Shown: positions 1-10,974, counted from the stretch's first letter. The stretch: 64,000 nt of DNA from Podarcis erhardii (GCA_964252035.1 OZ176206.1); one strand, 5' to 3'. Notes: generated by a model not told the origin, from the letters alone. Made by a program: numbers and translations.

Positions 1-699
1 GGTCTTTGCTATGGCCCTCCTAAAATGGTGTGTTGCAAGGGAAATGTCAGGCAAACGCCTTTGAAATCCAACTATGAAACTTTAGCCCCATTTGAAATAT
101 CCTAGCATACCTTTGTGTAGATATTTCCACATAAAGACACATCTTGACCCTGTCCTGCTGTTTTCTCACACATGCACACCTGTGCTTTAAAAAAAATGGA
201 ATTGAGGATGCTTTCATACACAGTGTTGTCAAAGCTGTAAGGTTGCAGGAGATTTAAATGACCTGCAACTCCTTAGCCAATTGCTGGATAGCAAATAAGA
301 GCTAAGGAAGAGGGATTTACTCTGCACAGGTACCTCCCCTGCTCCATCATATTAATAAGCTCATCTGCAAGTTATTTCCCCTGCCCTCTCCTGGAAAAAC
401 CCAACGTCAGCAATTTAGAATAGTGGTTTTGTATGCCTAGGAGGAAGACAGTGGTGAGGTACTATCATTTCCGCCCCCTAGTGAAAATTGCAGCTTTGAG
501 AAGATTGCTCTGCACTCTGCACATGTTTAAGCGGCGCGTTCTCACGCTCCAACGAAACGTCTCTACCATCTTTGCGGCTCCAGTGTGCTACTCGAGGCAG
601 AACCTTATATTTCTCTGCTTTGGGGGACGGTTGTTTGCCGGAGAGAGGGTGGAAAGAGATTCGCTGGCAGTCGTGCGGGCGGTTGCTGATCGCAAGGCG

Positions 700-1603
700 T
701 CTCTCCCCGCCCCCGCCCCCCAAAAAGTCTTGGCCTCCGCGAACCGGAGTCAGCGGAGGGGCGCGTTGGAGGGAAGCAGGGCGCCGCTGCTCTTTGTCAA
801 GGGATTTGCGCTGCGACCTCCGCCCCAGGCGAAGGGGGCAGAGGAGGAGGGGGAGACCCAGACAAGGCGGGGGAGGGGTTGTTTCTCCCCAGGAACCAGC
901 AAGATTCCTTTTCTCCCCCGCGGACCAGGCTCAGCGCCCAGCCGCATTTCCCGCTGCTGAGCGGCCGGGTCCTTGACTGGCGGGGCTGGATTTCCGCGCC
1001 TCGATCCGCCCGTGGCCGTTGGCTTCGCCGAGCCCGCCTGGGGCTCACTAAGGCCGCCCCCATCCTACCTCCTCCCCGCTCCGCCTCGCCTCGCCTCGCC
1101 TGCTGGTCCCCGCCTCCTTCCTTCCTCCCTCCCCTCCCTCCCTCCCCTCCCCTCGGAGTTGGCAGCTCGGTGGCCCAGCCGGAATCTCGCAGCCGTTGGC
1201 GCTGAGGGCCGGAGCTCTCCTGCCGGAGTTGGGCTTCCCGGGAGGGGGGCGGACTGCTGCTCGGTCTCGCCCCGCCGGCCCTCCTCCAAGGGCGAGCAAG
1301 AGGAGCGGCCTGCCAGCCAGCCAGCCAGCCGTCGCGCGCTCTGCATCCCTCCATCCGAGCGAGCCTCGCCGCGCAGCCTTTTGTTCCCCCGGCAAGAAGT
1401 TTGTGCGCTGAGAAGGGCCGTGACAGCTGCAGCCCCGTTAAGGAGCACAGAAGAGGGGGCGGCGGCGGCTCCTGCCGCTCGCTTGACATGCAGCCCACGG
1501 CTCGGCTCGGCGGGGACGGCTGCCGGGGGAGGCGGGCCCCGCTCTTGCCGCCGCCGCGACGCACAAAAGGCTCCAACTAAACTTCCCTCCTGGAGAGCGA
1601 GCG

Positions 1604-1634
<31 letters not shown>

Positions 1635-2290
1635 GGAGAGAGCTCCGTCTGCGCGGCCCGAGCATGGTAGGAGCCGAGAGCCGCCCGGCGAGGACCCCGG
1701 CAGCCGGCTGTCCCGGCCCGTCCCCTGCGGGGGCGCCTCTGCTTCTGTCCGCCGGCTGCCGCCGCCCTTGAGCGAGGGAGGAGCGCCGAGCAGACTTCGC
1801 CACGAGATTCCCAGACTGCACGGGGAGAGCTGCCCGCCTCCCTTCCGGGGCCTCTGCTAGCGGTGCTGAACCAGCTATCCCGCCCGCCGGCCGAGGATGC
1901 TGGGCAGACTGGAGGCGCCCGACGTCGCCCGGCATGAAGAACTTCCTGCGCTGGGACCGCGAGGGATCTCCGCCGCCGGGCGCAGTCCGAGCCAGCCGCG
2001 CCGCGCCGAGGGGCCGACGAAGCAGCCTCTGCAAAGCGCAGTTCTGCCCGGGCATGGAGGCGCGCGGGAGGCCGGGCCTTTGTTCCGCCAGGAGAGCGCG
2101 CTCTGCGGCCGCCTTCCCGAGAGCTGGCCTTTTCCTCGCCGCCGCCGCTGCTGAGCTTCCCACCGGGGCGCCCTCTGGAAGAGGCTTTGTCGGAGCGGGC
2201 TGGAAGACTTGCCTTAAGGAGAGCAGCCCTACCGAGCAACCGGAGGAGGCGGAGGGCTTGCAAATAGCGATCGGCAGAAACGGCTTTATG
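700..2290. promoter_or_regulatory. CpG island, probable internal promoter of MACF1/KIAA0754-like transcript
   Basis: Visibly high GC and CpG density versus CpG-poor flanks; GC-box-like CCCCGCCCCCGCCCC near 706-722; no TATA; ends ~300 bp upstream of the 2604 ORF. Boundaries estimated by eye. Confidence 0.85.
1605..1632 (+). repeat. (GCAA)7 microsatellite
   Basis: Seven tandem GCAA units preceded by GCGA GCGA. Confidence 0.95.
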
Positions 2291-2603
2291 TGTTGGCCTT
2301 GGACTGCTAGCGTTTCCGCAGGAGCCATGGAATGCCTTGCCTCTTTCAAGGACTTCCACGGTGGAAGATGACTTCTCTCTGGAAAGCTCTGTAACTTCTG
2401 TGGAATACAAAATTGTGGCCTCCCAAGTGGTTATTAGGGATTTTCAAAAGACACCTTGCTCCACCATAACCTATTTCATTTTGCTTTGAATGGAGAGCTT
2501 GTGAGGCAGGGGAGGTTTTTTGTTGTTGTTGTTGTGGGACTCTTCTCTGCGGGGGTCCCCCCCCTTCTATTCTGTTCTGTTTTCTTTTATTGTTTTGAAA
2601 AGT

Positions 2604-5600
2604 ATGGGCAAGCCACTCAGCAGGCCTGACTGTTTAAGGCAGAGTCCTGCTTGCTTGGGGAAAGGAGAGGATGAGGATGGGTATATAGAAGACTGTTACG
2701 TCCCTCAGAGATCCATCTATGACACCATGAGGATAAATGAGCAAATTGATCAGGGGTCCAAGACTAGCCAGCCTTCCAAGAGTACCCTTGAAAAAGGGGA
2801 TGGCAGCACAATCTCTAGCAATGGAACTTTAGGGGCACCCAGTGTCTTTGAATCAAAGGCACCCGAGAGCAAAAAGTTAGACGAGAGGGTCATTTTTGAT
2901 GCCTTGAAACTTAGTAGTGATGTTTCCAAGTCAGCACCGGCACCCCCAAGGCGGTGGCCAAATCCAGAGAAGAAGGAGAATGTCAACAGGCGGTCATGGA
3001 AGTCCTTTATGCCACCCAATTTCCCTGAGTTTGCTGAGAGAATTGAGGCCTCCTTGAGTGAAGTCTCAGAAGCTGGAGTTTCTAACCCATCCTTGCAAGA
3101 GAAGCAGGAGTCCACTGCCATGTTGGCAGAGAGCCCTAGGCAGTCCGACCAGGGGGAATGCATGTCAGAGCCGTTGACCCTGGAGCACATTCCCAAACTG
3201 TCTGGAGTTCCAGAAATTCAGGAAGTGAAGCAGCTAAGTGAAGCCTTCTGTGAGTTGTCTCAGGATGAGTGCCAGCCTCTTCTGGGTCCAGAGGACATGG
3301 TAGTTGACCTGACCGGCGGCAGGCGGCGGGACCACAGGCTCTCGAGCGCCACGTGGCCAAGGGTGATGAAAAATGCCATCAGAGCAGGCCTTGGCAGTGG
3401 GCATCATGACACCTTGGAGGCAGACAACACAGACTGTGTCATAGAAACGGTGCCACTGTCTCCTTGCCTGAGTGAAGAGCTCCTGGACCCAGGAATGAGC
3501 ATTCTCATCGCCCCCAACCTCCGGGAAAAGACTGAGTCGGAGCTGAGGTTTGAGGAGGATGAGCGATTGATCATGATGGAGGCTGGGGAGGAGTGGGAGG
3601 AAGGCTTGCTGTCAGGGAAGGCTGCTGAGAAAAGAAGTTGTTACTTGACAGATATTTCTGAAGAAAAGGAACAATTAAGTGTTCCAGCCGTGACAGTTAC
3701 GGAAGCTGTAGAGAGTTTTGCTGGTGTCCAAGGGACCTCTAACCACCCATCTCACTGGCAAGAGCTGTGGGATGACTCACAGCTGCGAGCTGTCAACTCT
3801 GCTCCCGTTCCCCAGGAAACGCACCAAGACTTAAACGCTACTCTTGAGGAGGAGGAGGAGGAGGCTGGTGCCTGCAATGCTGAAGCTGTAGCAGCCGAAG
3901 TGGAAGAGGAGGAATTTGCTTCTGGCCTAGAAGCCTGTGCCAGCTCTCTTGCCCCAGAGCAGTTCTCTGACACGGATTCTGTGCAGATGTTCCTTGAACT
4001 AGAAAAGCTTTGCATGCTCGAAGAAGGAGGGAATGGAGTGGCTCCAGGTGATCTGGAGGTGCAGGATGATAATCAGTGTTCAGAAGGGCTGGACATGCAG
4101 AAGGACTTGGCAGGAGCCTCCCAGCCCTTGACTCACCTTGAAGTCAGCATGGCAGACTCTGCTGTGGTCTCAGATCTGGAAGACTTTGATGCCACATGTG
4201 GTTCTCAAGCAGTAAGTACAGCAGAAGCTACCCTTTCAGAGTGCTACTCTGAACGGGAAACTTCTGGTGACTCTGAAAAGGTGACGTCTTCCAGTCCTCC
4301 GCTTGAAAAAGATGCTGTATCCCAACAATCACTCTCATCCTTAGTTAGTCAGATAGAGGAGTATGGGGCAGAACTGTTGGCAGGTCATGACCCTGCAGAA
4401 AGCCAGAGGGTCAAAGGATTGTTGGACTTTGCCATGAGTGAACCTGTGGCTTCAGTTGATTTCCCTTGCTGTAGAGAACCACCTCCTTGCATCCATGTTC
4501 TTGCCATTGGCAGAGAAACTGAGCAGCAGCAAATGCAGCCTGTCATTTGCTATGAAGCAAAGGAGGTATCCCCGAGCCATGATGAACTTGCCACAACTGC
4601 TGAGGAGCTGGACTCCCAACCAGATTTTGACTTTGCAAAAGAGATGGTGAGTGCTATGGGGAAAGAGCTGCAGGCTTGCGATGAGCTCAACCCATCAGAA
4701 AGGACTGACTTCTCCAACTGGGATGTCCCAGAGCTGGTTTCTGAGGATGAAGTTGCAGAACTGGATAAAGAAAACCTCCTTTGTGGGGGCCACGTTAGTG
4801 ACATAGAGGATGTAGATAGTTCCTGGGTGCCTTCACAAAGTGAGTTTGTATTGCGGGACTCTGAGGAGCCTCTAAAACATGTAGGCTCCTCTGAGAACTT
4901 GAAGGCTGTGTGTCAACTTGAGCCTTTAACAAGGCTGCTGTGTGATGGAGAAGTGTCAGCGAGTGCAGCCCTTCTCCAGGAGGAAACACCAGAGGTAGTT
5001 GAGCAGGGAGCAGCAGCAGCAGCCAAAGGCAGCCCAGTGGAAGAGAAGAGATATTGCTTGGAACCTGGAGACTTGGAGTTCCTTTTTGGGCAGAGCAGGG
5101 ACAGTGAGATAACAAAGGATGAGGAATATAGTGCCAAGTTTGTTTGTACCAACTCACAAGCTTTTGTTGAAGATTTGTTTGCTGCACAGCCCAGTTCAGA
5201 AGACTTGGCCTCTTCTTTTGGAGAGGAATCTGCTTCTGTCAGTCCCCTCCCTAGTGACAAGGCTCTTGATGCCCCTCCAGATAGCCCAGAGGTGCTTGCT
5301 GACCCCTTTCCTTCTGCTGGAGTGGAGCCTTCTATCACTGATGGTCCAGAAGCTGTAACATGTTCCACCCTGCCTTTGCCATCCTCACTTGCTTCAACCC
5401 CAGAGGCAGAGGGGCCTGTTGTGGATGCTGTCTGCTTGTCCAGATATAAAGAAGTTTGTGGTCAAGATGGTCTTCCAGGAGTCACTTTGGAGCCCAAAGC
5501 AGAGGACCTGATACCATTCTCACCAAATGCAGAGGAGATATCCTCTGCTTCTGTGCCATTCTCCTTGGAAAATATGCCTCTAAGTAGAGAGGAACAGCCT

Positions 5601-5969
5601 GCTCTGGAAGAGCTGGCCAATGCCACAATGTCCACCTCCACCAAGGAGCCTGTTCAGGTGGCCCAAGCAATTAAAGGCCTTGCCATCTCTATGCCATTGG
5701 GTGCAGATGGTGTGCCAGAGCCACCAGAAGTTGGTTTCTCTCTGGCACCTGGAGCAGTGTGGGATACAGTTTGCAGCACACCACAGCTGCCCTCTTCTGC
5801 AGCACCTGAAAGTGGAGAGGAGGAGCTGACCTCTGCTGTGCCAGACTCAGAAAGTACCTCCTTTTCTTCCCTCATTGCTGAAGGGCCTCCTGCTGAAACG
5901 GATGGATTGGTTCCAGATAATGAGGTATTTGTTTCCCCTGGTCCCCACATGCTGCCATATCAGACATAA
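2604..5969 (+). CDS. KIAA0754: KIAA0754-like large single-exon ORF (1121 aa), probable alternative first coding exon of MACF1; acidic, mostly disordered
   Basis: ATG at 2604 in strong Kozak context (AGTATGG). MGKPLSRPDCLRQ...EDCYVPQRSIYDTMRINEQID...RRSWKSFMPPNFPEFAERIE matches my recollection of KIAA0754, known to lie within MACF1. TAA 5967-5969; internal in-frame donor GAG|GTATTT at 5924/5925. The ORF-track TTG start at 2520 is unlikely to be used. Confidence 0.88.
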   Translation: MGKPLSRPDCLRQSPACLGKGEDEDGYIEDCYVPQRSIYDTMRINEQIDQGSKTSQPSKSTLEKGDGSTISSNGTLGAPSVFESKAPESKKLDERVIFDALKLSSDVSKSAPAPPRRWPNPEKKENVNRRSWKSFMPPNFPEFAERIEASLSEVSEAGVSNPSLQEKQESTAMLAESPRQSDQGECMSEPLTLEHIPKLSGVPEIQEVKQLSEAFCELSQDECQPLLGPEDMVVDLTGGRRRDHRLSSATWPRVMKNAIRAGLGSGHHDTLEADNTDCVIETVPLSPCLSEELLDPGMSILIAPNLREKTESELRFEEDERLIMMEAGEEWEEGLLSGKAAEKRSCYLTDISEEKEQLSVPAVTVTEAVESFAGVQGTSNHPSHWQELWDDSQLRAVNSAPVPQETHQDLNATLEEEEEEAGACNAEAVAAEVEEEEFASGLEACASSLAPEQFSDTDSVQMFLELEKLCMLEEGGNGVAPGDLEVQDDNQCSEGLDMQKDLAGASQPLTHLEVSMADSAVVSDLEDFDATCGSQAVSTAEATLSECYSERETSGDSEKVTSSSPPLEKDAVSQQSLSSLVSQIEEYGAELLAGHDPAESQRVKGLLDFAMSEPVASVDFPCCREPPPCIHVLAIGRETEQQQMQPVICYEAKEVSPSHDELATTAEELDSQPDFDFAKEMVSAMGKELQACDELNPSERTDFSNWDVPELVSEDEVAELDKENLLCGGHVSDIEDVDSSWVPSQSEFVLRDSEEPLKHVGSSENLKAVCQLEPLTRLLCDGEVSASAALLQEETPEVVEQGAAAAAKGSPVEEKRYCLEPGDLEFLFGQSRDSEITKDEEYSAKFVCTNSQAFVEDLFAAQPSSEDLASSFGEESASVSPLPSDKALDAPPDSPEVLADPFPSAGVEPSITDGPEAVTCSTLPLPSSLASTPEAEGPVVDAVCLSRYKEVCGQDGLPGVTLEPKAEDLIPFSPNAEEISSASVPFSLENMPLSREEQPALEELANATMSTSTKEPVQVAQAIKGLAISMPLGADGVPEPPEVGFSLAPGAVWDTVCSTPQLPSSAAPESGEEELTSAVPDSESTSFSSLIAEGPPAETDGLVPDNEVFVSPGPHMLPYQT

Positions 5970-7740
5970 AATTACTTTTTTTGTAGGAAGGGAGTTGGGG
6001 AGGAAGCGAGGAGTTAATCCATAGTTGACTGACTGATGTGATTTGGAGTACAAAGCATGCCTGACTTTTTCTCCCTTTTGTTAAAATTTGGGTTCTCCTT
6101 CCCTTTGAAAGGGGGTTACATTTTGTAGGCATATTTAATGGTCTTGATAGAAACAGTGTTGGGTTGGTGGGTTTCTTTTTCTTTTTCTTTTCAGGTGTGG
6201 GGAGGGTTTCAAACAAGAACAAACCTGTCATTATCTTGCTTACGTAAAAATATTCTTGCCACCACCAATGTCTTGAACTGACTTATTCAAGTAGCATTAT
6301 GTTCATGCGCTTAGAAGCAAATTATACATTTTCTTCTGAAAGATTGTGATTAAGTGTGGGTAGCTGCAGAGCTCATAGATGGGAAAATGTGTTGCTAAGA
6401 GGGAAATAGTATAAGGCAAATTCCAGCTAACAACATTACATAAATGATAAAAACCAACCAACTGCCTAGTCAAGGTTCTTTCAAATCCATAGAGAAGAAA
6501 AGAAGTTGCTGAAAACTTTTTATTTAAATCTCCAAGTAAAGAAGGGGTTTGGAAAAGAGAAGCTTTTGTGCCAAGTCTGTTTGCAGCACCAAACGTCTAT
6601 AAAAGGGCATTGTTTTCTTTTGGATACTGATTTTGACAGTTGTCAACCAAGCTAAGCTAGTTTTTTGTACTTTTTAAACTGTCATGACGTTGGTTTTTCC
6701 CCCCTGCCTAGGAACTTGGCTTGGTTGCAATTTCTCACGCTTCAGACAGTTGCACATTTGAAAAACAAGAAAAGCAGAAGTAGCCAGAGGCTTGAGAAGG
6801 GCTATGATGTAGTGTTCAATTCACGTGTGGAAAACAGTCTCCAACTGTGGGCAGAAGGCAGAGTTTTTCTCAGTGAAAAAATGCAGCACCCACAGCCAAG
6901 ACTGTACAGTTCAGACCTGTAATTAGGAAGAAAGGTGGAGGGGGGGGAAGCAGGGGATGCCAAGCTAAGCCAAACTGACATGAATTATCGCTCTGGGTTT
7001 ATTACAGTCTGTCCAGCTGAGTCTGAGGAGAGAGAGCTATTTGAGGAGAGAGAGCTATTTGATAGAAAACATTATCAGTCCTATGGTGCCCAGAGTGGGA
7101 GATATTTGCTCAACACCCCAGGGTCAAAACAGCCAGGGAAGTATATGGAAGGTGCTCTTAGCTGTTGCCATGGTTGGTTCTACAGGGGAGAAGAGAAGCT
7201 ATGAGGGGTTATGGGGCATTTCACACATTGCCAAACTGTTGTGCTGCTAGGTATGAGATAGGATCTCCCACTTTTTAATATGGTGCAAAGCAGCTGTGAG
7301 CCCCCAAACAGGATGGTTGGAACTGCACTAGGGAGAGAGTGTTTAGCTGCTGCCACTTACTCGACCATCTCTTGTTTTCCTGGTCTAATCCTCCATTCTC
7401 ACTTTAGCTGTGTGATGATGGGGAACGGCCAAGTACATTAGGCAAGAAGCCATGACTTCTCCTGGCTTTCTGATTGGTGTGTCTGCATGATACATTTATT
7501 GCAAGTGTGTGTGTGTGTTGCATTTGCACTTGGATAAAATATAAACCAGCTGTTAGGTAGGAGAAAGAGGTCAGCAGGTTTACCATGAAGAATGGGAACA
7601 GGATACTAGAAAAGAGTCTTGAGAGAAGCATCTTGTAAATGAAAGCCTGGTAGCATCATTAGGAGGGCAGGGAAGCAGAGAATAACAAACAGATGAGTTC
7701 TGTTTATTTTCTGGGTAATTCTGCAGGACTTGCTTCCAAA

Positions 7741-7947
7741 TTCATTCATTCATTCATTACATTTATATCCCACCTTTCTCCAGGAAGCTCAATATAGCCT
7801 ACAAGCTTCTCCCATTTCTTAATCACAACAACCCTGTGAGACTGAGAGTGAGTGGCTGGCCCAAGACCACACCCAGTGAGCATCATGGCTGAGTGGGGAT
7901 TTGAAGCCTGATTTCCCAGCACTCTAACCACTACACCACACTGACTC
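7741..7947 (-). mobile_element. tRNA-derived SINE (family A, MIR/CORE-like body)
   Basis: Reverse strand reads tgtggtgtagtggttagagtg...ttcaaatccccactcagccatga...cacagggttgttgtg with a (GAAT)n tail; related copies at 25321, 45421, 48498. Confidence 0.75.
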
Positions 7948-8199
7948 CTGTGAATAGGAACACGGACTGGCATTCTCCACCCCAAACACACGCACATTTA
8001 GTTTCTCTGTTGGGCTAACCCAAATGTCACAAAATGGTACAGAAGCTTTTAAGTTCGCCAAAACTTTTCATTGGTCTAGATGGGAAGAAGGTACTTTTGT
8101 CAAGCCATCCATTTCTGCATCTGGTAAGAGTCTTAAGATGAAGAGTGAGAAGAGGTAGACCCCCCCCTTTTCTCCCCTCACATATTTACTGTCTAAAAA

Positions 8200-8330
8200 T
8201 GGCCCTTCCCAGTGTAGCACCATCCAGATTTTTTGAACTACAGTTTGGCTGTGCTGACTGGGGCTGACGGGAGTTGTAGGTCAGTGTGTCTTGAAGGCGC
8301 CATGTTGGGGAAGGCTGGTGTGAGGAAAAG
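8200..8330. mobile_element. Fold-back (palindromic) MITE-like element, degenerate copy
   Basis: ccttccca...ccagat...aactaca / gggagttgtagg...ggggaagg arms; same family as 18286, 24558, 25000. Confidence 0.6.
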
Positions 8331-8812
8331 GGCCACATGCTGGCCCTCCTATGCAAGGCAGTTAGTGTCTGTCCTCCCTTTTCTTTTGCCCTCCAGTCTT
8401 TCCTCCTCCTGCTGCTTTTGCTTCTCTGAATCAGGGAAAGGTTTGCGCCTTTGTCCAAGTGAGAGCTAGCCAGCCAGCGCTCTAGCATCCTCTCCGCGTT
8501 CTGTATTTGAAGCTCTAAGCTATGCTTCCAAGTATTTTCTGCCGAGGCGGTTGTTAAGGCTGGGTTTTGCGTTTTTAAGCCTCCCCCACTAAACCTGTCT
8601 CTGGTTTCTGGATCATTCCCACCCAAATATGGCAGCTGTTCCTGATTGCGGGTGGGGGTGGGGATTTTGCTTGAACAGAGCGAAATGCTTTGGAGTCCTC
8701 TCCTGTGTTCGTTTTAAAAATAAGTTTTGTATTTGAGGTTATGGCCGGAGCGTGTAGGAAGAGGTGGCGGCATGTCCTTTCCGAGAGCTTGCATGCCTGG
8801 CTTATCGGTCTG

Positions 8813-8814
<2 letters not shown>

Positions 8815-8852
<38 letters not shown>
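8815..8852 (+). repeat. (TG)n microsatellite
   Basis: Uninterrupted TG run. Confidence 0.95.
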
Positions 8853-8854
<2 letters not shown>

Positions 8855-10739
8855 CTGGCTGCTGTTGGATGTAGGAGGGCCCTTTCCATTTATATCTATC
8901 TATAAAATATATAATATAAAATAAGCAGTCCCAGCAGAAGGGCTGGGTGAGTCGTTTGCTGTTATGTTGCCATCAATCCTTCTTATGGCAGAATGGCTCT
9001 ATAGCTCTGGACAGCATCTTCATTTAATATCCTGGCATGTTCCCATTTCTGGAGACAAGTTGCTGAATGTTGCAAGGGAGGAAAACATTTCCCCCTGACT
9101 TTTCCAAGCTTAGATTCTTGCTGCCTTGCATCACAGCTGTCTCGCTCAGGGCCCTCCGTAAACCATAGGGAAGTTTGGGCCCAGTTTTGTTTGGAAGTGG
9201 CTGCTAAATCTTTAGCTGGCTGCAAAGCTTTAGAAATGTGTTGCTGTTCCTCATTTTCTTACGAACAGAGCAATTTATTGCTTCAGTTTGGTGGTTTTTG
9301 CTGCTGATTTACTTTTCATGTTCCACTTTCCCCTGGGAGCAAAGGGCTCCTTAAAGATCACCAAAAACTACCTTGCCAGGTGTTTTGGACTACAACTCCC
9401 ATCATCCCTCACCATTGTCTATGTTGGCAGGAGTGGGAGTCCAGAGCACCTGGAGAGGCTGTGAATGAGTATGAGCGTGCTTTTTCTTTCTCCCATTTAT
9501 CATGACACCCCTATGAGGTAGGGCAAACTCACAAATAGTGGTGATTCAGGGCTATTGGATGAATAAGAGACTTCGTCCTGGGAGTCTTGTGTTCTAGCAA
9601 TTACTCAGCAGCTTAAAAAAAAACCAGCAACCAGGTACTAAGAAATTGCGGGGGGGGGGCATGTTGCGTAATGCACTGCTTGAAATTTGAATGTTTTTTC
9701 AGCTCTGGACCTTAATACATTCGGTCATGGTTAAATGCCCTATGGGATTTAATCACACATCTAATTTTTTTTGTTATAAAACAAAAGTCTGTAGTTTGAA
9801 GTAATTGTGTTTAAATGCCACAGCAGATGAATTCTACCACTTACACCTGCACAAATCATGCATTTTAATATGATATTTACAGAATTGCTGTGTGTTGACT
9901 TGATCTTTTGGAAAGGCACCTGATAAATCTTGTTAATAAAAAAAAGGATTCTCCCAATGAAGCATGAGAAAGAGGCTCTTCTGGGTGGCGTATTTTGGCA
10001 GGATCCCAGCAAGACAAAGCTCTCTGTTATAACTGAACCAATGTCTGTAGCTTTCGAGTAACACAAAACTCCTTGCCTAAACCAGATGTGCGGAACCTCA
10101 ACTTGTTGCTGAAATACAACAACTCCCACCATCCTTGGTCTTCAGCCATGCTTTGTGGAGCTGATGGGAGTTGCAGTTTGGCAACATCTGGAGGGCGAAA
10201 GGTTCCTTGCACCTGGTCTCAGTGATATGCCAATAGATATTGGCCCAATAAGAAGAAGCATTAAAGACAACTTTTTGTTTTAAAATGGAGGTCCAAAGGA
10301 AGGCTGCCAGGATGTAGGAAGATGCCTAATCTTAAATCAGACTATTGGTCCATATAGCCCAGGAGGATCTACACAACTGGCAGCAGGTCTCTAGGGATTC
10401 CTTCCCACCCCTACTTGGATACAGTGAATGTATTTATTCTGTCTTCTGTCCCAAGCAGAAAACATTTGCTGCCTCCGAAGTAAGGTGTGCACAGAACTGT
10501 CTCTTGCAGTGCATGATGGCAGCCTTCGTGCAAAGAGTAAGAACCAGTCCAGGGGCTGCATGCAGCTGGTGTGGCTCGAAGGGCATGGTGGGATGGGAGG
10601 CTCTTCTGCCCTTTTTCTCGCCTCCTTCTGAGGAGAGGAGTTTGCTCAAGGGCAGCTACCCTTTGAGTGTCACTCTCAGTGTGGCCTCTGACCACTTTGG
10701 GTGCTCTTCACACAGCTGTCTTGCAGGGCAGTGGGGAGG

Positions 10740-10770
<31 letters not shown>

Positions 10771-10974
10771 GATGATGATATAATATATTTATACCCTACC
10801 CATCCAGTAGGGTTTCCAGCCACTCTGGGCAGCTCCCAACAGATTAAATGCAATGCCTCTTCCTTTAATTTGCCACCCTGGGCAACTGCCCTGTTTTCCT
10901 CCTGTAAATACAGTATGCCCGGAGATGCTGGGGATTGAATCTAGGAGCTTCTGCATGCAAAGCAGTTAATTATA

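Noticed and set aside
1865-1880. REST/NRSE site (TTCAGCACC on minus strand)
   Set aside because: Only the left half matches; the right half TAGCAG differs from GGACAG at three positions.
433-2410. Many long overlapping ORFs on both strands (175-303 aa)
   Set aside because: Expected from stop-codon scarcity in a CpG island; Arg/Pro/Ala/Gly-rich with no recognisable domain.
2520-2603. 28-codon N-terminal extension from TTG in the ORF track
   Set aside because: Translates a pyrimidine tract; the strong-Kozak ATG at 2604 matches the recognised N-terminus.
2750-5950. Antisense ORFs over the big exon and other minus-strand ORFs over spectrin exons
   Set aside because: Shadow frames of a + strand coding sequence; no independent splice or domain evidence.
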